In this document: positions 30,611-40,900 of the stretch, in pieces
Position numbering within the stretch: position 1 is the stretch's first letter
How the letters are laid out: each line of letters starts with the position of its first letter
Assembly (NCBI GenBank): GCA_032128875.1
Contig: JAVLKG010000002.1
Coordinates: 928,001 to 992,000 of the forward strand
DNA: 64,000 bases
DNA from: Candidatus Melainabacteria bacterium 17Bon1m
GTDB lineage: Bacteria; Cyanobacteriota; Vampirovibrionia; Obscuribacterales; Obscuribacteraceae
Direction: 5' to 3'
Notes under the pieces: generated by a model
Seen by the model: the letters and a program-made list of their open reading frames with translations, nothing else
The model's database searches: none
What the model was told of the DNA's origin: nothing
Position numbers and translations under genes: made by a program

Positions 30611-33052
30611 ATGACCGCATCTACAAAAATAGCTGACCAGACAAAGAACAATCAGATTTTCGATCGCAAACCGTTGTCCGACGGCGAACTGCAAGATATA
30701 GATGCTTACTTCCGTGCCGCCAATTACTTGTCGGTCGGACAAATCTATTTGCTTGCCAATCCCCTGCTCAAAGAGCCTTTGAAAATTCAGCATGTGAAGC
30801 CGCGTTTGCTAGGACACTGGGGCACGACACCCGGTCTGAATTTGATCTACGCGCATTTGAACCGTCTGATTAGACAGCGCGATTTGAATGTCATTTACAT
30901 CACTGGTCCCGGGCACGGAGGACCAGGCTTGGTTGCCAACACTTACCTGGAAGGTACCTACAGCGAGTTCTACCCGCGCATTGGGCAGGACGAAGAAGGC
31001 TTGCAATTACTTTTCAAACAATTCTCGTTTCCGGGTGGCATTCCCAGCCACGTTGCGCCTGAGACACCAGGCTCGATTCACGAAGGCGGTGAACTTGGCT
31101 ATGCGCTGACTCACGCTGCCGGTGCGATTTTTGATAATCCATCTTTGACTGCTTGCTGTGTTGTCGGTGATGGTGAAGCAGAGACAGGTCCTATGGCCGG
31201 AAGCTGGCATTGGAATAAATTCGTTAATCCAAAACGCGATGGCGCTGTACTGCCGATTTTACACCTCAATGGTTACAAAATCGCCAATCCCACCATTTAC
31301 GGAAGAATGGCTGATGATGAGCTACAAAGCTTGTTCGAAGGGCGCGGGTATGAGCCTATTTTTGTTGAGGGCGATGAACCACTGGTGGTGCACCAGTTAA
31401 TGGCTGCGGCTCTCGAATATTGCTTCGACCGCATCGCCGCAATTCAAAAAGATGCTCGTGAAAATGGTGTCGACGCTCGTCCCCAGTGGCCTATGATCGT
31501 GATGAGAACGCCAAAGGGCTGGACTGGACCGAAGATTGTCGATGGCAAAAAAGTTGAAGGAACTTACAGGTCGCACCAGGTTCCTCTTTCTGAATTGAAG
31601 ACCAAGCCTGAGCATCTGAAGCAATTGGAAGAGTGGTTGAAGAGTTATAAACCTCAAGAACTTTTCGAAAAGGATGGCAGTTTGAAAAAACATCTCAAAG
31701 AGCTTGCGCCGAAAGGCGAAAAGCGCATGGGAGCGAACCCTCATGCCAATGGCGGTGTGTTATTGCGGGACTTGAAACTGCCGGAATTTGAGAAGTATGC
31801 AGTTGAAGTAAAGAAGCCAGGTACCGTTGAAGCGGAATCGATTTCTGCAATGGGCAAATATTTGCGCGACGTCATGAAGATGAATGACAGTCATAAAAAT
31901 TTCCGGATTTTTGGTCCGGATGAAACGGCTTCTAACCGCTTGTCTGCTGTCTTCGAAGAAACCAACAGAGTGTCGATGGAGCCGATTACAAAAGACGACG
32001 ACCATCTCTCTAGAGATGGCCGGGTAATGGAAGTGCTCAGCGAACATCTTTGTCAGGGATGGTACGAAGGATATTTGCTGACCGGACGCCATGGATTTTT
32101 CTCTTGCTACGAAGCATTCATTCACATCATCGATTCGATGTTCAACCAGCATGCTAAATGGCTCAAGGTCACGAAAGACATTGCCTGGAGAGCTCCCATT
32201 GCTTCATTGAACTATTTGCTTACCTCGCACGTTTGGCGTCAGGACCACAACGGATTCAGTCACCAGGATCCCGGATTTATCGACCATGCAGTAAACAAGA
32301 AAGCAGACATCATTCGCGTCTATCTGCCACCGGATGCAAATACGCTTCTCTATGTCACTCATAAGTGTTTGCGTGGACGAGACAAGATAAATATCATCGT
32401 CGCCGGTAAACAACCGCAATTGCAGTGGTTGGATATGGACTCCGCTATCAAACACTGCGCTGTCGGTCTGGGAATTTGGGATTGGGCAAGCAACGATCAA
32501 GATGGTGAGCCCGATGTCGTAATGGCATGTGCAGGCGATGTCCCGACTTTGGAGACACTGGCTGCCGTATCAATCTTGCGGCAGAATATTCCTGATTTGA
32601 AAATCCGCGTGGTTAACGTAGTCGATTTGATGACTCTGCAGCCGGAATCTGAACACCCGCATGGCCTGTCAGATCAGGAGTTTGACTCAATCTTCACCAA
32701 AGACAAGCCGATCATATTTGCTTATCACGGCTATCCCTGGTTGATTCATCGCCTGACCTACAGAAGAACCAATCACAAAAACCTTCATGTGCGCGGCTAC
32801 AAGGAAGAAGGCACGACTACAACGCCTTTCGACATGACTGTGATGAATCAGCTCGACCGATTCAATCTTGCATTGGATGTTATCGATCGCGTCGCTAAAG
32901 TGGAAGGTGTTTCTGCCCGGGCACGTCAATGGCTGCGCGGTAAGCTCATCGACCATAAGCGCCATATTCACGAGAATGGCGAGGATATGGAGGAAGTGCG
33001 CTCATGGAAATGGCCGTTTGCGCTGCCGAAAGAGAAGAAGGGCTGGTCGTGA
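30611..33052 (+). CDS. xfp: Phosphoketolase (XFP)
   Basis: [42 protein letters not shown]. Confidence 0.97.
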   Translation: MTASTKIADQTKNNQIFDRKPLSDGELQDIDAYFRAANYLSVGQIYLLANPLLKEPLKIQHVKPRLLGHWGTTPGLNLIYAHLNRLIRQRDLNVIYITGPGHGGPGLVANTYLEGTYSEFYPRIGQDEEGLQLLFKQFSFPGGIPSHVAPETPGSIHEGGELGYALTHAAGAIFDNPSLTACCVVGDGEAETGPMAGSWHWNKFVNPKRDGAVLPILHLNGYKIANPTIYGRMADDELQSLFEGRGYEPIFVEGDEPLVVHQLMAAALEYCFDRIAAIQKDARENGVDARPQWPMIVMRTPKGWTGPKIVDGKKVEGTYRSHQVPLSELKTKPEHLKQLEEWLKSYKPQELFEKDGSLKKHLKELAPKGEKRMGANPHANGGVLLRDLKLPEFEKYAVEVKKPGTVEAESISAMGKYLRDVMKMNDSHKNFRIFGPDETASNRLSAVFEETNRVSMEPITKDDDHLSRDGRVMEVLSEHLCQGWYEGYLLTGRHGFFSCYEAFIHIIDSMFNQHAKWLKVTKDIAWRAPIASLNYLLTSHVWRQDHNGFSHQDPGFIDHAVNKKADIIRVYLPPDANTLLYVTHKCLRGRDKINIIVAGKQPQLQWLDMDSAIKHCAVGLGIWDWASNDQDGEPDVVMACAGDVPTLETLAAVSILRQNIPDLKIRVVNVVDLMTLQPESEHPHGLSDQEFDSIFTKDKPIIFAYHGYPWLIHRLTYRRTNHKNLHVRGYKEEGTTTTPFDMTVMNQLDRFNLALDVIDRVAKVEGVSARARQWLRGKLIDHKRHIHENGEDMEEVRSWKWPFALPKEKKGWS

Positions 33053-33056
33053 TAAC

Positions 33057-34241
33057 GTGAATATTCTCGTATTCAACGCCGGCTCAAGCACATTGAAGGC
33101 CAGCCTCTTTAATGAGAATGTCTTTCTGAAGAAGGGCAAAGACGCTTCCTCTCTTTTGCTGGAAACAAACACCAAGGTGTCGGGTGGCAGCAGAGAAACT
33201 TTCAAAAGTGCAGCTTCCGGCGTTGTCGAGAAAATTCTCAAAGATGCGGCTCAGGATAAGAAATCGATTTCGATGATCGGGCATCGGATTGTTCATGGTG
33301 GCAAGAAATTGCGCACCACCACTCTCATTGACCAAAGCGTCATCGATGAAATCGAGGCGAGAGTCGATCTCGCTCCTACGCATAATCCCAATGCTCTCGG
33401 TTGCGTTGACGCTGCAATGTCTATTTTCGGAAATGAAATGCGGCAAGTAGCTGTTTTTGATACTGCTTTCCACCGGACTATTCCAGAGATGCGCAGCCTT
33501 TATCCTGTGCCCGGCGAATGGGACGAGAAATTTGAAATCAGACGATATGGATTCCATGGCATTAATCATGGTTATTGCGCCAGACGCGTTGCCGAGATTT
33601 TGCCGGACGCCGCAGACAGGATAATCATTTGCCATCTAGGCAATGGTTCCTCACTTGCAGCAGTTCTTCATGGCGTTTCGGTGAACACATCGATGGGGTT
33701 TACTCCTTTAGAAGGCTTAATGATGGGCACCAGATGCGGTACTATCGATCCGGGCATAATCTTGCATTTGATCAATCGCGAGAAATTCGATGGAGAACGG
33801 CTTGAACAGATTCTCAATAAAGAATCAGGACTTCTAGCAGTTAGTGCCAAGACAGGCGATATGAGAGAGATTCTAGAAGCAAGAAGTGCTCATGATAAAA
33901 AGGCTGCGCTGGCATTTGATATGTTTATCGACAGACTGTCTCATCACATAGCATCGTTCACAGCTTCGCTGGGCGGGCTAGATACACTTGTATTCACGGG
34001 AGGCATTGGCGAACACTCTTCAGAAGTTCGCCAGGCTGTTGCGGATAATCTTTCTTATCTGGGGATTAAGCTGGACGCGCAAGCAAACAAAGATGCCGTC
34101 GGCGATGCCTACGCAGATGTAACCATATCGGCAAAGAACTCGAAAGTCAGCGTTCTAAAAATTCGTGCTGGGGAAGATTTGGAAATCGCCAGACAATGTT
34201 TTGAATTAGCCAGCTCGCAAGTGTTTTCGTCCTGGCCCTGA
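33057..34241 (+). CDS. ackA: Acetate kinase
   Basis: NAGSSTLK, GHRIVHGG, FDTAFH, RRYGFHG, SMGFTPLEG, FTGGIGE. GTG start 4 nt after the xfp stop. Confidence 0.96.
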   Translation: MNILVFNAGSSTLKASLFNENVFLKKGKDASSLLLETNTKVSGGSRETFKSAASGVVEKILKDAAQDKKSISMIGHRIVHGGKKLRTTTLIDQSVIDEIEARVDLAPTHNPNALGCVDAAMSIFGNEMRQVAVFDTAFHRTIPEMRSLYPVPGEWDEKFEIRRYGFHGINHGYCARRVAEILPDAADRIIICHLGNGSSLAAVLHGVSVNTSMGFTPLEGLMMGTRCGTIDPGIILHLINREKFDGERLEQILNKESGLLAVSAKTGDMREILEARSAHDKKAALAFDMFIDRLSHHIASFTASLGGLDTLVFTGGIGEHSSEVRQAVADNLSYLGIKLDAQANKDAVGDAYADVTISAKNSKVSVLKIRAGEDLEIARQCFELASSQVFSSWP

Positions 34242-34252
34242 GGCTTAAGACT

Positions 34253-34783
34253 CTAATTACTCTTCGGTTGCATTGTTCTATAGATGCGTGAGTACTGGCA
34301 ATAATTCTGCCAGCCACGTTCGATTTGACCGCGATCGTCTTCACTCAACTGACGAACGATTTTTCCTGGCACACCCATTACCAGACTGTAGGGTGGAATT
34401 TCTTTGCCCGGCGAAACCACGGCACCGGCTGCAACAATCGAGCCGCGTCCTATCACAGCATGGTCCAAAACCACCGCGCCCATTGCGATCAAGCAATCAG
34501 CCTCAATTCGGCAACCATGCAAAATCGCTCCGTGACCAACTGTGACTCGTTCCGCCACGTACAATCCATGCCTGCCGGTGACATGCAACATGCACCCGTC
34601 CTGGATATTGGTGTTTTCGCCGATTTCAATTGAATTGATATCGCCACGCAAGACGCTGTTAAACCATACGCTTGCGCCTGCAGCAATCTTCACCCGGCCG
34701 ATTAGAACAACGGTTGGGGCGATATATGCGTCTTCGGCGACTTGAGGTTCGTGTCCTTCGAAAGGAATTAGCATGCCATTCAT
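34253..34783 (-). CDS. Gamma carbonic anhydrase family protein (YrdA-like)
   Basis: Hexapeptide repeats, LRGD, NIQDGCMLH, VGHGAILHGC. Confidence 0.92.
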   Translation of the reverse strand: MNGMLIPFEGHEPQVAEDAYIAPTVVLIGRVKIAAGASVWFNSVLRGDINSIEIGENTNIQDGCMLHVTGRHGLYVAERVTVGHGAILHGCRIEADCLIAMGAVVLDHAVIGRGSIVAAGAVVSPGKEIPPYSLVMGVPGKIVRQLSEDDRGQIERGWQNYCQYSRIYRTMQPKSN

Positions 34784-34949
34784 AAGGAAGAGTCTAGCGA
34801 ATTAAAAGCACGTAAACGGTGACTAACTCAACAAAAGAGGATTATCTGATATTGAATTGTGAACCTAAAACAACTAAAGGTCATGCAATGGCGACTTTCG
34901 GGCTGCCAAGATGTTAAAATTAACAACTGGAGTAAAGGAGACGTCACAC

Positions 34950-35222
34950 ATGCCCGTATACGACCAGCCCATGCGGAAGCTTCTTGGAATCCTCTCGCCT
35001 ACTATTTCCTGGCTTAATGAAAAAGGATCGGTAGACGTGAATTCCGTTCCAGAGAATCATTTGGAAGCTATCAAGCAATTGGAGCGTATCGGCGTTGTAC
35101 ATAAGCGCAACAACCGTTGCTATGAATTGCAAAAGATTCGCTTGAAAAAGCTGATGGGCAATCTTGGCATCGAGCAGCTCGTCAATCCAGAGCCGGCAGC
35201 TGCGCCTGTGGAATTGAACTGA
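34950..35222 (+). CDS. Small hypothetical protein, possible winged helix
   Basis: AAGGAG RBS before ATG 34950; TGnTAAAAT at 34912-20; AIKQLERIGVVHKRNNRCYEL wing-like motif. Confidence 0.6.
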   Translation: MPVYDQPMRKLLGILSPTISWLNEKGSVDVNSVPENHLEAIKQLERIGVVHKRNNRCYELQKIRLKKLMGNLGIEQLVNPEPAAAPVELN

Positions 35223-35236
35223 TCCTGAACTAGACC

Positions 35237-37663
35237 ATTTTTAAAGATATTGAATTACGAGCGCTGCGTTCGCTTGAGTGGGACAAATTATTAGAGTTCC
35301 TCTCGCAAGAAGCTGAAAGCAAACGCGGAAAAGATCTGTGCCGCCAGGTTTTGCCAGGGCGCGAACGTGCGATTGTCAATGTTTTGCTCGCAGAGTCAGA
35401 TGAGGCGTTGGCGCTGATCTCTCAGCGTACAGGCATGTCGTTCGAGCGCTTGCCGGATCTCGACGAAACATTGAACAGGCTTGAATCTCAGGCTGTTCTT
35501 TCTGAGAGTGAATTGCATGCTTGCCGATTAGCGATGTCGTTGTCCAGGCAGGCTAGAAGGTCACTTTCTCTTCTTGACAATGAAGCATTTCCTGCTCTTC
35601 GCGCATATCTTCCTGCTCTTGCCGATTTCGAAAAGTTGCTAAGAGAGCTCAACGAAATGCTCGATGACGGCGGCAGAGTAAAAGACGATGCGACCCCGCA
35701 TTTAAGAGGTTTGAAAAGTGAAGTTAGACGTCTTGATTCAAAAATCAAAGACGAATTGAATAAAGTTATTCATTCTCAGACTCAGTCAAAAGCTCTTCAA
35801 GAGCCAATTTACACACAGAGAAACGGGCGCTATGTTTTGCCGGTAAGTGCTGCGCAACGGCATGTGGTTCCGGGAATCGTGCACGACAGTTCGCAAAGCG
35901 GATTGACCGTATACGTTGAGCCTATGCCGGTTGTGGAACTCGCAAACAAGCTGAGAATAAAGGAAGCGGAAATCGAACACGAGATTGCTCGCATTCTTTC
36001 CGTTTTGTCTCAACAAGTGTATGCGGGTCGTGATGAGCTTTCACAAGCATTCACTTCTCTGGCAGAATTGGATGCGATTTTTGCCAGGGCTCGCTTTGCC
36101 ACTAAATACGATGGCATTAAACCTGAGTTGAATGAAGAAAATCGTTTTGAATTCATCAGTGTACGTCATCCACTTCTCATACTTCAGTCAGCCAAGGAGA
36201 AGGTTGTTCCTAATACCGTAAGTTTAGGCGGTAAAGATAGAACACTTGTAATTACTGGCCCCAATACGGGCGGTAAAACAGTTCTTCTCAAGACTATCGG
36301 ACTTTTGTCTTTGATGGTCCGCGCCGGCTTGCTTATTCCTGCTGCCCGAGGATCGAAAGCAGCTTTGTTTACTCAGATTTTTGCCGATATTGGAGACGAG
36401 CAATCACTGGCTCAGAGCCTTTCCACATTCTCTTCGCACATGAAGACGATTGTGGAGGTGGTGAAAAGTTCAACGGTCGGTACTCTCGCGCTGCTGGATG
36501 AAATCGGTGTCGGAACGGATCCAAGAGAAGGAGCGGCAATTGCGCGCTCAGTACTCGAGCACCTCAACGATTCGGGAGCCGTCACAGTCAGTACGACCCA
36601 CTTCGGGCAGTTGAAGACTCTTGCTTACAACCTGCCCGGTATGGTGAATGGCAGTTTGGAATTTGATGAAACCACGCTGTCTCCTACCTACCGCTTACGT
36701 ACCGGTATTCCTGGAAGCTCGAAAGGCATTACGATTGCCCGCCGTTTGGGCCTGGATGAAAAACTGGTGGATCTGGCAATTTCTTACCTGGATGTGGCAG
36801 ATGCAGTCATTGATGAAACTGTGGCTCGCCTTGAGGAACGCATCAAGGGACTGGAGTCGAAAGAGGCACTGGCTCAGGAAAAGCTCGTTGAAGCCGAGCG
36901 TTTGACTCAAGAATTGCAGCTCGAAATAGATCGCGAAAGAGCGCAGAGCGAGGAAACCAGGCAAAAGCTCGCTAGCGATCTGAAAGAAGAATTCACTGTA
37001 GCCTTTGAATTAATCAAAGAGACGATAAGAAATCTGCAGAAAGAGCCCAGCATTTCCGGCGCTCAGAAGGCGAAAGAAAAAATGGAGCAGCTCAAAAAAG
37101 AGCTTAACTGGCTCGACTCTCCTGCAAAAAAAGGTGAAAAGACTGCGATCAAACTTTCAGTCGGCGATCGAGTTTCGGTCGTGAGTTTGAACCAGAGGGG
37201 CGTCATTGAAGAGCTTCCCGAAGGTGTGGAAAACAACCCTCGCGGAATTGTTGTCGTTAGGGCGGGTGCTGTCAAACTCAAAGTACCTGCAAGTGATATA
37301 AGACGCATATCGGACGGTGGTCAAAAGTCTGAAAAGGGTCGAGGCGGCGGCAATGCCGGCAAAGCTCGGGGACCTGCGCCTGTTCGTATATACCGAAACG
37401 AAACAAATGTATTTGTTCGCACGGAAATAAATACTCTCGACTTGCGAGGCGAAAGAGTCGATGCCGCGCTCATAAAACTCGAGCAATTTCTGGATGCCTG
37501 CCTGCTTTCCTCAATCAGTCCGGTGATGATTATTCATGGACATGGCACTGGCGCGGTCAAAGATGCCGTGCGGACTTTTCTTTCGAATAGTAACTACGTC
37601 TCGAAATTCCGACCTGGCGAGAACTATGAGGGAGCCGACGGTGTAACGGTCGCTGAATTGTAG
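35237..37663 (+). CDS. mutS2: Endonuclease MutS2
   Basis: ITGPNTGGKT, FADIGDEQS, STFSSH, LDEIGVGTDP, C-terminal Smr domain (LDLRG...IIHGHGTG). The conserved N-terminal LRSLEWDKL lies upstream of the ORF-track start, so the start codon is uncertain. Confidence 0.95.
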   Translation: MFKDIELRALRSLEWDKLLEFLSQEAESKRGKDLCRQVLPGRERAIVNVLLAESDEALALISQRTGMSFERLPDLDETLNRLESQAVLSESELHACRLAMSLSRQARRSLSLLDNEAFPALRAYLPALADFEKLLRELNEMLDDGGRVKDDATPHLRGLKSEVRRLDSKIKDELNKVIHSQTQSKALQEPIYTQRNGRYVLPVSAAQRHVVPGIVHDSSQSGLTVYVEPMPVVELANKLRIKEAEIEHEIARILSVLSQQVYAGRDELSQAFTSLAELDAIFARARFATKYDGIKPELNEENRFEFISVRHPLLILQSAKEKVVPNTVSLGGKDRTLVITGPNTGGKTVLLKTIGLLSLMVRAGLLIPAARGSKAALFTQIFADIGDEQSLAQSLSTFSSHMKTIVEVVKSSTVGTLALLDEIGVGTDPREGAAIARSVLEHLNDSGAVTVSTTHFGQLKTLAYNLPGMVNGSLEFDETTLSPTYRLRTGIPGSSKGITIARRLGLDEKLVDLAISYLDVADAVIDETVARLEERIKGLESKEALAQEKLVEAERLTQELQLEIDRERAQSEETRQKLASDLKEEFTVAFELIKETIRNLQKEPSISGAQKAKEKMEQLKKELNWLDSPAKKGEKTAIKLSVGDRVSVVSLNQRGVIEELPEGVENNPRGIVVVRAGAVKLKVPASDIRRISDGGQKSEKGRGGGNAGKARGPAPVRIYRNETNVFVRTEINTLDLRGERVDAALIKLEQFLDACLLSSISPVMIIHGHGTGAVKDAVRTFLSNSNYVSKFRPGENYEGADGVTVAEL

Positions 37664-37916
37664 TCCTGCAACCGCGTATTCCTCCCACCCTGGCGTAAAA
37701 ATTTTTTGTCCAGAACTGCAGTCCACTGTATAGAAGCAAGGACTGTCCTCAGTAGGTCGAGCCGACCTAACCCTTACGGAGCCCGACGAGACTTTCCAGG
37801 TTAATTCTTACGCCAATCGGTCTGGGTCTACGTGGTTTTCCCACATACAAATAAGGGAATGATATTTAAGCTGAGTGCAGCATTGGTGCTCCTTTCAGTC
37901 GCGTGAGGTTGTCAAG

Positions 37917-40900
37917 ATGGTCGAAGGGAATCAAGTTCCCGGCGGGGAAGAGATCGGCACACGGAGAGACGTTGTTGCAGAAAACAATGTCCAACCGGCA
38001 GCCGACAGATGGCAGGAAGACTACCAGCGAACGGTAGGTTTCCAGCCTCAGGATGGAACCAGCGAACGACAACAAGTCGCGGCGGGCTACGACCGCAACT
38101 TGGGTTACGACCGCATTGCCGTCGGCAATACGGCGCTCGGTCAACGCATCGACAACATCACCAATCTCCTGGCGATGGGCGAACGCTCCGCCGGAAATCT
38201 GCAAGACGTCAACCGCTTCTACGGCAGAGCACAGAAAGAAGCAGACGACCTTTTCAGTGTTGCCGCTCAGAACGTAATGAAGGGTCGCGAAGACTATCGC
38301 GCCATCCTTTCAGCAAAGAGCCCGCAAGAAGTATTTCAGGGCGTCGAAGCTTCCATTCAGAAGCAGACCCAAGTATTGCAACAACAACTTCAGCAAGAAA
38401 GAGATCCTGCCAGAGCCAGACGACTCGAGCAGATTCTTGCCATGGAGCAAGAGCGCGCTCAGACTCTCGAGCGCATGAAGCAGACGAATAACCCGCAAGA
38501 ACTGAACCGTCTATTAATGTACGACGCGTTCAGTGCTCAGCGTATAGATCTATCTCAGAAGATGATGAATGAGAGAGATCCCAATCAAGTTAGATTGATG
38601 GCCGAAGCAGAACAGAATCTGCACACGGTACAGCGTGCACCTGGTTTTACGCGCGCCAATTACGGCATGCTCCTGATGCGTATGGGGCAATACGATCCAA
38701 ATAGACCGGACAACGCCGCGTTGCGCGCACTTCAAGATGCCGCGTCAGTTGATCCTGAAATGGTCCCTAATCCTAATAGTGCAGATCCGGCACGCCGCAT
38801 GGGCGATCCTAATTTCATGCGCGTTGCATCTGACATCACTCGCATGAGTCCGGACGATCCGAATTTTGCCCGCGCGATGGCCCCTATCTTTAATAGGGAT
38901 ATCAACCGCTCGCCTTCACCGTTGCAGGCTGCAGAAAATACAAATCCGAATGCACGTTATTCGCAAGTTCAAGAACAGCCCTACCAACCTGCAAGAGATG
39001 GCGGTAATCGCCCGCTCGAGCAACAACGCGTAACTGATCAAACACAAGGAGTTACTCCTCTGGTCAATGGAAAGACTCCTTTCCAGCGCGTACAAGAATT
39101 GGGAAAAGTTGTCGAAGCGCAAGGTTTGACACCTGATGTCCGTCAGGCTTATGTATCAGCGATTCAAGATTCTGATAAAGGGACCTCGCCGCGTGTAGCG
39201 GAGCTGCAAGCCCAGCTGGCTCAGCTCGAGCAAAAACAGCAAGCACTCGCTCAAAAGGTTCAAGAAGTTCAGCAAAGTCCTGAAATTGCACAGCTCGTTC
39301 AGTCCGGTATGGCCAAACTGAAGGCACGTCCTGAAGCTGAGCAGCAGCAATTGAAGGCTTTGACCGAGCAATTGCAGAAAACTCAAGATAAAGCGGAGCG
39401 TGAAAAACTGCTCGGCGATATCAATAAGATCTGTCCGGAATTTGTTCAAGTCACAAAATTGCTCGAACAGAAGCTGAAGCCGTTTACCGACGAGCTTCAA
39501 CAAATTCAGCAACAAGGGGCCGCTCTCACCAATGATCTGATTGGTGAAATGAATCAGTCTTCCGCCACTCGCATGGAATATGCCGAGAAGCTCATGAAGT
39601 CTGACAAGCCGGAAGACAAAGAGGCTGCCAAACAACTCCTTATCGAGTCTGTCGCCAAAGCAAAACCGGAACAGCGTGAAGCCTTCGCACAATACGCTCA
39701 GCAGTTGGGACTGACGAAGCAAGAACTCGAACAGGGTCTTGCAAAGATTCCTCAAGCACAAGTCGAGCGTTCCGCCACTCAGCCGGGAGCACAGCCAGGC
39801 GTAGAAACCGGTGAAAGAACCGGCGCCGGCAAACTAATCGACGAAAACAAAAAAGCTTTTGACGCTGCTCAAGACAAGAAAGCCAAACTGGCTGAAATGC
39901 AGGGTTCGTTCAAGAAAGCGATCACTGACGCCGACAAAGAATTCGCCGACGCAGAGACCAGATATAACGCTCTGGATGCAGCTCACACTAAAGCCGCCAA
40001 TGACATGCCGGCTGAGGACAAAGCTAAGTTCCAGAAGATGTTGACGCAAGGCACTCCGGATGCCGAAAAGCAAGCTCTGCAGCAAGAGCTTTCGACCAAG
40101 TACGCAAATATCGTCCAGATGGAAACAGAAATGAAAGCCATCAAAGACGGTGCCCTCGATCTGGCGCTCAACAAATTCGAAGCTCGCTACGAATTTGCCC
40201 GCGCATCGAATTTGGGCGGCGATGATGCCACTGCTAAAGCAATGATGTCCGAAGGGATCAAGACCCTCACTAAGGATGTAGGCACTGAGCTGACCGCCAA
40301 GGTGATGGAAGATCCAGGCGTTGCAGATGTGGCTAAGAAACTCGGCGTTGATGCGAATGCACTGATGAAAGAGGCAGCCGCCGAAGCTCCAGCTGCACAA
40401 CCGGGCAGTGATACCGCAGGCGCTACCGGTGACTTGCAAGGCACCTTGCGCGTTGCTAATGCTCGCATGCAGAAGGGCGATATTGCCGGCGCCAAGCAAG
40501 CTTACGAATCAGCCATCAAGATGGTTGATGCTTCATTCAATCCTGACGAGAACAACAGGAAGATCAAAGAAGCTCAAGATCTACTCGAAAAAGGCAATCT
40601 CACGATTGAGCAGCGCCTGCAAAAACAACAGGAAATTGCAGGTTATTTCAACCAAGCCTACCAGGCATTCGATATAAGAAGCGGATACGCCAGAATTTTG
40701 GCGCACCCGAACTACAATCAAAACGCCGCCGCTGAAGCAGCATTCAAAGATGCGGTGGCCGCAGCAGACAAAGTACCGGTTCAAGCAATGAAGCGTCAAA
40801 TCGGCTTGCTTGCAAACGATATCGGTACCTTCCAAACTGCATACGAACAAGCGACCGGCGACAGAAAGACTCAAATCGAACAAGCGCAGGCTTTCCTTAG

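Noticed and set aside
32868-33056. ORF-track N-terminal extension of ackA overlapping xfp (similar extensions on murT, carB, alaS and the 8863 kinase start)
   Set aside because: Family homology begins at downstream start codons; the extensions are longest-ORF artefacts.
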